Source: Rhizophagus irregularis (lineage: Eukaryota). Taken from it: a DNA stretch of 64,000 bases. Position numbers and translations under genes: made by a program. Each line of letters starts with the position of its first letter. Within the stretch, counting starts at the first letter, position 1. The DNA lies in assembly GCF_026210795.1 (NCBI RefSeq), contig NC_089432.1, positions 558,001-622,000 of the forward strand, given 5' to 3'. The notes beneath the pieces were generated by a model that saw only the letters and a list, made by a program, of their open reading frames with translations, did not search any database and had not been told where the DNA came from. Positions 55,134 through 64,000 of this stretch are shown here, piece by piece.

Positions 55134-56132
55134 CTACACATTTAAAAGCATATTCAATTTATTTTGAGCATTTCCATATCCTTGTTCAGCAGATTTTTTA
55201 TACCAATACATTGCTTGATTTAAATCTTTTGTAATTCCATTGCCAGTTTCATACATTAAGCCAAGATTATATAGAGCTACATCATTTTCCAAATTTGCTG
55301 CTTTTTTAAATAACTCAATTGCTTTCTGTACATTAACTTCAGTTCCAACTCCTTTTTCATAACAACACCCTAAGCTATTTATTCCATTTGCATTTCCTAG
55401 ATCTGCTGCTTTTTGGTATAATTCAAATGCTTTTTGTTTATCAACACAAGTTCCAATTCCTCCTTCATAACAACATCCTAAGTTATTTAATCCACTTGAA
55501 TTTCCTAAATTTGCCGCCTTTTCATATAATTCAAATGCCTTTTGTGTATCTACTTCAGTTCCAATTCCCATATCATAACAATATCCTAACAAATTTATTC
55601 CACCTGGATATTCTTTTTTCGCTAATATTTTAGATAATTCGAGTGCTTTATCATAATTTTTATTAATATCAATTCCATCTATATATATATTGGCAAGATC
55701 AAATTGAGCTGCACTGTTTTCTAATTCTGCTGCCTTGTGGTATAATTTAAATGCATTCAGCTTATTAGTAACCATTCCAATACCATGAAAATTAAAATAT
55801 CCAAGCAAATAAATAGAATTTGAATCATTCTGATTAATTAAAAGCCAATTACAAATTTCTTGTAAGTTTATCCTATGATCATTAATATAATCAAGAACAT
55901 GTTGCTTTCTTACATTATAATCTTTTCCTTCATTTACTTCTTTAAAATGAGAATTTGTCAAAACATCAATTACAATACTTAAATCTTCTTCAAATATATT
56001 TTCATGAATATTTTGAATTGAAGGTTCAATTTCTTTTTTATTTATTTCATCAAAATTTTGAATAATAGTTTGAGATAATTTTTCACTTGATAAATTAGAG
56101 TTTAATTTGTAAATTTTAGTATTATCAGACAT
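55134..56132 (-). CDS. Sel1-like repeat protein, 332 aa
   Basis: SLR units; tandem paralogue. Confidence 0.9.
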   Translation of the reverse strand: MSDNTKIYKLNSNLSSEKLSQTIIQNFDEINKKEIEPSIQNIHENIFEEDLSIVIDVLTNSHFKEVNEGKDYNVRKQHVLDYINDHRINLQEICNWLLINQNDSNSIYLLGYFNFHGIGMVTNKLNAFKLYHKAAELENSAAQFDLANIYIDGIDINKNYDKALELSKILAKKEYPGGINLLGYCYDMGIGTEVDTQKAFELYEKAANLGNSSGLNNLGCCYEGGIGTCVDKQKAFELYQKAADLGNANGINSLGCCYEKGVGTEVNVQKAIELFKKAANLENDVALYNLGLMYETGNGITKDLNQAMYWYKKSAEQGYGNAQNKLNMLLNV

Positions 56133-56578
56133 TTCAGAATTGAAAATAAAAACAAGACAAAAAATATTTAATTTGTCACAACATATTTATTTATAATAAC
56201 TGTAGTACCGCAGATCATTTTCCGCGGCTTTCTACGTCACTGTGTACATACACATAGACATGTAAATCATTTATTAAGTTAAGATCCCAATAATCAAATA
56301 TTTATAAATTAAGAAAAATCTAAATTAATAGAAACGAAATGATAATCACCAAAGGGATTTAAGAGGTTAAAAATGTAAAAAATAAAAAAATTAGGCGTTG
56401 TTAATTCAATAATTGATTCAAAAATTATCAAAATAACGAAAAAGTGTATTTGAAAAAATAAAAACAACATTATATTGTTTCATTAAATTTCGATTGATTG
56501 TAAATGTAATTACTCATACATTTGATATAATTAAATTAAACTCTATAATAAAATAAATAAATTTAAATATCATATAAT

Positions 56579-57523
56579 CTATTCATTTAAAAGTTCTTTT
56601 AATTTATTCTGAGCGCCAAGGTACCCTTGTTTAGCAGATTTATTATACCAATATATTGCTTGATTCAAATTTTCTGTAATTCCATCCCCATTTTCATACA
56701 TTAAAGCAAGATTATATTGAGCCACATCATTTCCTAAATTTGCTGCCATTTGATATAATTCAAATGCTTTCTGTTTATTAACATCAGTTCCAATTCCATT
56801 ATCATAACAACATCCTAAGTTATTCATTCCAGATTTATGTCCTAAAAGTACAACTTTTTGATATAATTCAAATGCCTTTTGTTTATTAACATTAGTTCCA
56901 ATTCCTCCTTCATAACAACATCCTAAATTATTTATGCCATGTGAATTTCCTAATTTTGCTGCTTTTTTATATAATTTAAATGCCTTTTGTGTATTAACGT
57001 CAGTTCCAATTCCCATATCATAACAATATCCTAACAGATTTATTCCACCTGGATATTCTTTTTTTGCTAATTTTTCAGATAATTCAAATGCTTTATCATG
57101 ATTTTTATCAATGTCAATTCCGTCCATACACATATTTGCAAGATCAAATTGAGCTGCATTATTCTCAATTTCTACTGCTTTTTTATATAATTCAAATGCA
57201 TTTTGCTTATTAACGTTTATTCCGATACCATAAAAATTAAAATATCCAAGTAAATAAATAGAATTTGAATCATTTTGATTATTTAAAAGCCAATTACAAA
57301 TTTCTTGCATATTCATATTACGACTATTAATATACTCAAGAACATGTTTTTTTCTTTCATTTTTATCCTTTCCTTCATTTATTTCCTTAAAATAAAAATT
57401 TACTAAATCATCAACTACTATACTTAAATCTTCTTCAAATATATTTTCATGAATATTTTGAATCATAGGTTCAATTTCTATTTCATTTATTTTATCAAAA
57501 TTTTGAAATATATGAGATGACAT
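56579..57523 (-). CDS. Sel1-like repeat protein, 314 aa
   Basis: SLR units; tandem paralogue. Confidence 0.9.
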   Translation of the reverse strand: MSSHIFQNFDKINEIEIEPMIQNIHENIFEEDLSIVVDDLVNFYFKEINEGKDKNERKKHVLEYINSRNMNMQEICNWLLNNQNDSNSIYLLGYFNFYGIGINVNKQNAFELYKKAVEIENNAAQFDLANMCMDGIDIDKNHDKAFELSEKLAKKEYPGGINLLGYCYDMGIGTDVNTQKAFKLYKKAAKLGNSHGINNLGCCYEGGIGTNVNKQKAFELYQKVVLLGHKSGMNNLGCCYDNGIGTDVNKQKAFELYQMAANLGNDVAQYNLALMYENGDGITENLNQAIYWYNKSAKQGYLGAQNKLKELLNE

Positions 57524-57629
57524 TTGAAAATTTAATTCGTTATATTTGTTAATTTTAGTATTATAGAACGTTGTGAACGACGATAAAAATTAAATTAAGG
57601 TTAAAAAAAAAAATTTTAATTTTTCACAA

Positions 57630-57659
57630 CATATTTATTTATTGTAGTACTGCAGATCA
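57630..57659 (-). promoter_or_regulatory. Conserved TGATCTGCAGTAC motif plus a TATA-like box upstream of the Sel1 genes
   Basis: The same motif occurs at 8269-8281, 54708-54720, 56205-56217 and 57647-57659, each next to an ATAAATA/TATAAA-like tract. Confidence 0.6.
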
Positions 57660-58251
57660 ATTTTCTGCGCCGACTTCGATCATCATAGGATTTTCAGCAA
57701 ATAATCCTTTAAACGTCATTTGTTAATTTATTAGAAAAAATTATGGCATCCAATATATTCTTAACTTAAACGCATCGTTTTAAGGCTAATTTATTTCAAA
57801 AACAAAAATTAATAATAATTCTAATACATTAAGTCATTAACTGGATGCTTCAATTAGAATGTCGATCGCGCTTTAAAATGTAACTCCATTGTTAATTTTG
57901 ATCAGCGATTTACGTCTTTTGGGTTCATGTAAATCATTTATTAAAAAAAAAATTTTTTTTATTATTAAAGTACAAGTTATAATAAATAATAATAGGATAT
58001 TTATGAATATAACTTAGATGTAATTAACACGCTTATAATTTATAATCTAATGAATTTTTATAATTATTTTATTAATTGTAAATTTAAAAATATACAAACT
58101 TTCGTGATAACATTTTCAGGTAACGTTAACTCAAACGTTGAGTAATCCTTAGAAAGATGATCTATTAGTAACAATGAGAGATTGAACAAATTAATGAATT
58201 GTATGATTATATAAAAAAAATACAACCAACATGGTAAGTGAAGATTATTTG

Positions 58252-58488
58252 AGGACCCAGAAATATATATAAAAAGGTCAGGTTTGAGTTTGCGTATTTT
58301 GAACTAAAAAAAATCATGAAAATCTTTCCTTTTTTAGATAATTTTTGATAATTCCAGTCAGAATTTTATTTCCCATTATAGTAACCGACTGACATTATCA
58401 TAATTCCGGCCCTGAAAAAATGCGTACAGCTCATAGTAAAAAATTTTTTTCACCACCTGACCTCTATATATATATATTACTGGGTCCT
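58252..58488. mobile_element. MITE, 237 bp, with an 8-bp TSD
   Basis: ~30-bp imperfect TIR AGGACCCAG...AGGTCAGG. Perfect TSD ATTATTTG at 58244-58251 and 58489-58496. Confidence 0.88.
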
Positions 58489-59459
58489 ATTATTTGGATG
58501 TTTTATAAATTCAATATAGTCTTGAGATTTATAAAGGTTTTTATTACGTAGCCATAATTCTTTATTTGTGAAATAACCCTTTTAACTACTAATAGATTAT
58601 GCATATCTATATAACTAAAAAGATTCCTTGACGTTTAATAATTGAATTGTGTAACGTGAGACGCGTGATATACGACTGGGGTCATGTGTATGTTCCAGTG
58701 TTCCAGTTCCGGTTAAATTATGATCTGATTTTTTTTATCAGTAAACGTTTTGATACGATTGACCATCGGCCGCAACAGAACGTTGATTCTTTTTCATTTT
58801 TTTTAGCCCATTTTTTTTAAACTTCAATTTTTTTTTAAACTTTTTTTTTTCGGTTTGGTAATTTTAAACTGAAAAAATTTTTTACTTTATTTCATTCCTT
58901 TATTTCATTTTTTTTTCACGGGATTTCAAAATTTTTTTTTTCGGTTTTTTTTTTCAAAGTATCTATCAATGAGATATTCTTTAGTATTATGATAATATCA
59001 GCCTATCAGGGATTCTGTACTCATTTATCACGATATTCCATAGTATTCTAGGAGTAATAAGTCTATAACCGTAATATAACCTCGTTGTTGTAATAATATT
59101 CTATTCTACATCACTTTTCCGTCTTAGTTTTAGCATTATACAGGTTATGTTTATTTTGTGAATAGAATAGATCTTTATATTATTATTTTCCATTAATTAA
59201 ATAATAACTTTTAACTTCTTCTTACCATCATTCAAATTAAAAATTTAAAAACTCTGGCCAATTATAATTTTGACCAGAATTAAGTGAAGGACAATCGCTG
59301 ATTGACAAATAATCATGTGGTATTACACAAAATTAATTGCCACAAATATTGACACAAATTGTGTGACAAACATTGGATAAAATTTAAATTTTATTCGGTA
59401 CAATAGTAAATGTTGATACACACAATTTACCCTCTTTATTTTTTTTCTCTTCGTTTAAA

Positions 59460-61007
59460 ATGTCATGTTCAAAAATATTTTCAGATAATTTTCCCGAATT
59501 AACTTATGAAATTATAAAATTATTACGTAATGATTTTTCAACTTTACATTCATGCATTTTAGTTAACAGATTTTGGTGTCGTTTAGCGACTCCAATATTA
59601 TGGGAAAATCCTTTCTCATTTCGTGATAATTATAAATATTTTGAAATTTACTCACAATATTTAAATGATGATTTAAAAACAGGATTAAAAAAAGATAAAA
59701 TTATTAAAAATTCATTACCTTCAAACACACTCCTCTTCAATTATTATGGATTTTTAAAACATATGGATATATATGAAATTGTTATGTCTGTTATAAGGTG
59801 GATTCGAAATACAAAGGGATTATCATTAACTGTCAGTGATTATAAAAGAATTTCTGATATATGTATATCATTATTTAAAATATTTATTGAAAATGAAATA
59901 CATTTACATACTCTTGAACTTGAATATAATTCTCAATATTCCAAAATTTATGAAATTATTTTTGAATTAATTTTACAGAATCAAAATTTCATTCATAATA
60001 TTAAAAATTTAAAACTTTGTATTAAATATAATGATAGAAATCCTAATACTCTAATTAAAGATAGTACATTACAAATAATCAAATCACATCAAAATCTAAA
60101 AAAAATTTTATTTGGGGATAATAATTTAAATTTATATAAATCATTATTTTTATCAGAAGATTTTAATTGTTCAAATACCTTAAATACAATTATATTCTAT
60201 CGTATTGATTTGAGATCTTTAAGTTTTAAAATATTTGAAAGATTAAATGTTTTAGAATCTGTTCATATTGTTAATTGTTCTTTTTTTGATGATAATTTTA
60301 TTCAACAAATTATTAATTTAACTAAACCTTTTAAATTAAAAACTTTATTTATGACAATGGCTATATTACAAATTAAACCAATACATTTATTATTACAAAA
60401 ATCTGGTTGTTATATAGAAAATCTTGCGTATGGAGGGGAATCCTTTAGATATGATCTATCATTAAAGCAACAATTGTCGGAAATCATTTTAAAATATTGT
60501 AAAAATATCAAGTATCTTAAATTTACTGAACTTGAAAATCAGGATCCTTATCAAGTTTTTAAATTAATTGAGAATATTAAGCAATATCTTAATTATCTTT
60601 CAATCAATATTTTGGAAGTTAGACAATCATCAGGTATTATTTCAAGTAGTTCAATGATATTACAAAATTTAGGTCATGTTCTCCCTTCTAAATTAGAATA
60701 CTTAAATTTGATTCTTGATATTAAAGAAAGTGATTTTAAAGTATTCTTAGAAAATTCTCGAGATATTTTTATTAATAAATTATTGATAATGCAAATGGGT
60801 AGATATGATATTTTACATTATACAAAGGAATTTATTATGAAGGAAAAAAGAGTCAAGTATTTAGCTATCAAGGGTATTTATAAAAAAGATTTGTATAGTT
60901 TTAAAGATGAAGTGAATGAATTTAAGTTACATAATATTAGAGTTCAAGATATATGTAAGTTACAGTCATCTGAATATCCTTATAATTTAATGAAGATTGT
61001 TGATTAA
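59460..61007 (+). CDS. F-box-like/LRR-like protein of a Glomeromycotina-expanded family, 515 aa
   Basis: N-terminal FPELTYEIIKLLRNDFSTLHSCILVNRFWCRLATPILWENPF F-box-like motif, followed by leucine-rich repeat-like segments. Confidence 0.8.
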   Translation: MSCSKIFSDNFPELTYEIIKLLRNDFSTLHSCILVNRFWCRLATPILWENPFSFRDNYKYFEIYSQYLNDDLKTGLKKDKIIKNSLPSNTLLFNYYGFLKHMDIYEIVMSVIRWIRNTKGLSLTVSDYKRISDICISLFKIFIENEIHLHTLELEYNSQYSKIYEIIFELILQNQNFIHNIKNLKLCIKYNDRNPNTLIKDSTLQIIKSHQNLKKILFGDNNLNLYKSLFLSEDFNCSNTLNTIIFYRIDLRSLSFKIFERLNVLESVHIVNCSFFDDNFIQQIINLTKPFKLKTLFMTMAILQIKPIHLLLQKSGCYIENLAYGGESFRYDLSLKQQLSEIILKYCKNIKYLKFTELENQDPYQVFKLIENIKQYLNYLSINILEVRQSSGIISSSSMILQNLGHVLPSKLEYLNLILDIKESDFKVFLENSRDIFINKLLIMQMGRYDILHYTKEFIMKEKRVKYLAIKGIYKKDLYSFKDEVNEFKLHNIRVQDICKLQSSEYPYNLMKIVD

Positions 61008-61820
61008 TTATAACTTATAATAAGGATGAATAGTATATATAATAGTATTAACATAGTATTAATATAGTATTAAGGAGCATTATATTTGTATAATTGTCAT
61101 GTGATTTTTCGGTCTGATTAATATTTTTATGTTAAATTTTTTTTTTTCGTCAAGTTCAATAGTTTTTTTTATATATATTATATATTGAAAAATTATATTT
61201 TTTTTCTACGTTTTACTATTGTATTTTTTTGTTATTTTTATTTTTTTCAACTTTTTACATGATTTTTTAGTATTTTTAAACCAAGTTTTTTTAACATTAA
61301 ACTTTTAAATAAATTTTATATATACCTCACATTAAAAATTTTTTTTTTTTATATTTTCATTGATACATTGCACTAAAAACCACAATAATTGGTCACCCAG
61401 TAAATATAGACGCATTGAATGTTGGTGTTTTCATAGCTCTAGCTTCGATACGAATGAGTTTTTCCCATAAATCTCTTAATAATTTTACATCTGATATTAA
61501 AGTTAAAGATACGAAAATATCACCATTCAATGCATCTTATTATGGTGATTCTAATTAGCTTTGTTTCATCCTTCTACAATCGATTGATGATGTAATACCT
61601 CAATATTTTTGCGACCAATTCATTTTTTTAAAAATTAAATTTTAACATGCAGGGTTTACATCTATTTATCATAAAAAAATGAAACAAATTCTTTTTAAAA
61701 GCTATTATATGAATATTTTTAAACATTCAATTTTTATCATTCTTAAAAATCCGATCCAAAAATATTGAGAATTCATGTAAAAAGGTGATTCAAAAAAAAA
61801 TGATTTTTCAGTATATAATA

Positions 61821-62351
61821 ATTATCGCACGACGTCATCGATTATACATTTCCATCACTTCGGACCTTGGATTATTGTTGGGTTCATTTGCTTGAGGTTG
61901 TCTAACTTTTAGATTAATGGATCGTCAACATCCTTGGCGGGTGCTCGAACGTGAATCAACCACGGGTTTGGCCTCAGTTTGTGACCTGGCTTGGGAAAAG
62001 TCGGCTGCGAAGATTACGAGAAGTATGTGGGCGTACCGGTGGGGAGTTGGCAACGGGAATCGATCAGACACTAGTTGAGGTCCGGATTGTGCACCATAAG
62101 CTTTAAGCCTAAGTGGTGTTAGTTGAGGTTATATAGTATTAGTTTTTTTTATTTTGTATTTAGTATATATTTTATGCATTTTTTGATGGCGTCTGGTGTC
62201 CTTAGCGTAGTTTTCTTTTTTATTTATTGTAGATAGACTAGTTAGCTATAGGTTTTCATTGTCCGACGTCACCTCTATGTATTTTGTTTTTTGTAATGCT
62301 CTATGTATAAACATAATAAAATATGCAATTCTAACTTTAACGATAAAAAAA
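61821..62351 (+). mobile_element. Short non-coding retroposon (SINE-like or 5'-truncated LINE 3' end)
   Basis: 11-bp TSD AGTATATAATA at 61810-61820 and 62352-62362. AATAAA followed by an A-run at the 3' end. GC-richer structured core. Confidence 0.65.
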
Positions 62352-62377
62352 AGTATATAATATATATTAAAAAAATC

Positions 62378-62505
62378 GGTTACGGTACATTTCGCCGAAA
62401 GAACGTTTCGCCGAAAAATAGGGCCAACATTATGCAGAATTATAAATAACTCAGGCCAGAGATTATTTTTCGGTAAAATGGCTTTCGGCGAAATGTCCCG
62501 ATACC
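62378..62505. mobile_element. MITE, 128 bp, with GG...CC termini and a 9-bp TSD (Mutator- or Merlin-like)
   Basis: TIR core ACATTTCGCCGAAAG. TSD AAAAAAATC at 62369-62377 and 62506-62514. Confidence 0.85.
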
Positions 62506-62893
62506 AAAAAAATCTGATATAAAATATTAAAAATTCGTGCGAAAAGATGATCAAATAATACGAAAAATCATGATAATCACGATGATGATGGCAATGGTGA
62601 TGGTTATTCTAGTTCTAGAAACGTTTCAACTAGGTTTAAATTTATTTTTTATAAATTTCTACATTTGGTAATAAAAAAGCTTACTAGTTACTACGCCGTT
62701 GTCCGCATGATCGGGTGATCAATGTCGTATTTTTGTATGGTAGTAGAATTATATATATACAGTATATTTATCTATTTAGTACTAAAATTTTTTCGTTTTA
62801 TTCAAATCACGAATCAAATTCTAATGCAACTTCAACTTATCAAATATTCATCAAAATAGACTTATATTAACCTTCTGTTGGTCCATCTGTTGG

Positions 62894-64000
62894 TTATTTA
62901 ATAGAGATTAATTGACTAGTTTGGTCAATAGTAGGAATATAAATAATTGAATCAGTCATTGAATTCTTTCGCTCATCTTCAGCATCTTGGAAGGAATTAT
63001 AGATTGTAACCAATTGCTCCCTTTTACTATGAATCCAATCATCAAAAGTTTTAACTAGAAAGCTGGCAGATGGTCTTTTTTTTGGGTCAGATTCCCAACA
63101 AGATTTCATAAGTTCGGTATAAATAAAAGGAGTGGCAAAAGTGATTTCGGATCGATATCCCTGAATAATGTTACTAGGATTGATTTCCTCATGGTGAAAT
63201 GGGATTTTTCCACTTGCAATTTCATACATGATCATTGCAAAACTATAAATATCAGACGCTGAAGAATATTGACCACCAGATAGAATTTCAGGTGCCATAT
63301 ATTCTAATACACCAAATAGTTCATCTGTTGATACAGAATCTTGACTCCATGTAAGTCCAAGATCACTTATCATTGTCCAACTTCCGTGTCTTAAAATATT
63401 ACCTGTATGTAAATCACGATGAACGTACCCAGAGTTATGAATAATTTCTAGACCCTTAGCAATGTCTTTAAGCGTAATTAACCGTTCAATCCAGGGAAAA
63501 TTTCCAACCTTTTTACGAATGTATTGTCGTAAATTTCCATCTTTAGCATAAGATGTTACAACAATAAAATCTCCCGTGTCTTCCCAACGTGAAACTCCAA
63601 AACAACGCAGTACATGCCCAATTTTTTTACTAAATTTATGGTGAGCTGAAAGCTATATGACAAAATTATAAAAAAATTACTATTTAATTAAGAATAAGAA
63701 AATCCCCAGAAGTAAATTAATTCTAATATTTACCTCATTAATAAATTCATCTAAATTTTTTTGAGATCCTTTTATTACTTTTAATACTACTTCATGACCA
63801 CCGAAGCGTTCCCAGTTATTAGTATTAGTATCCCAATAGGTAATTGGACCCTGTTTCCATATAGCTTTATGAGCAACACTATATCCACCTTTTGCCAAAT
63901 ATGTAACTTGATCAAAATTTTCGAAAGGAATCCATTCAAAAAAGCTATGAACATTATTTGCAGTAATTTGTGTTTTGATGATTAAATTATCTAAACCTAG
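62894..64000 (-). CDS. TKL-like protein kinase, 5' part outside the window
   Basis: LAKGGY, VVLK, HRDLHTGN, DLG and APE motifs. Intron at 63653-63733. Confidence 0.88.

Noticed and set aside
61860..62090. RNase P, RNase MRP, SRP, U3 or telomerase RNA identity for the structured region
   Set aside because: TCAGAC before the closing helix recalls RNase P CR-V, but its GTCTGA partner is absent. There is no SRP helix-8 AGCA motif and no telomere template.

Overview
AT-rich, intron-containing fungal DNA. The gene families point to an arbuscular mycorrhizal fungus (Glomeromycotina, Rhizophagus-like); this is inferred, not database-checked. Host genes: three TKL-like protein kinases (one with six tandem Cys-motif/N-lobe modules), four Sel1-repeat genes plus a decayed copy, an F-box-like protein, a secreted multicopper oxidase, and Crinkler-type and UBC4-like probable pseudogenes. 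Mobile DNA: a ~6 kb foldback element with an 8-bp TSD interrupted by a pogo transposon, several MITEs, and a decayed MULE/FAR1 transposase. The most striking feature is a set of retroposed elements with 15-bp TSDs and A-rich tails that encode only a LINE ORF1-like RRM protein and no reverse transcriptase: two families, four copies, one with an intact ORF. There is also a TSD-flanked, poly(A)-tailed, highly structured non-coding retroposon. All alignments and base-pairings were read by eye.
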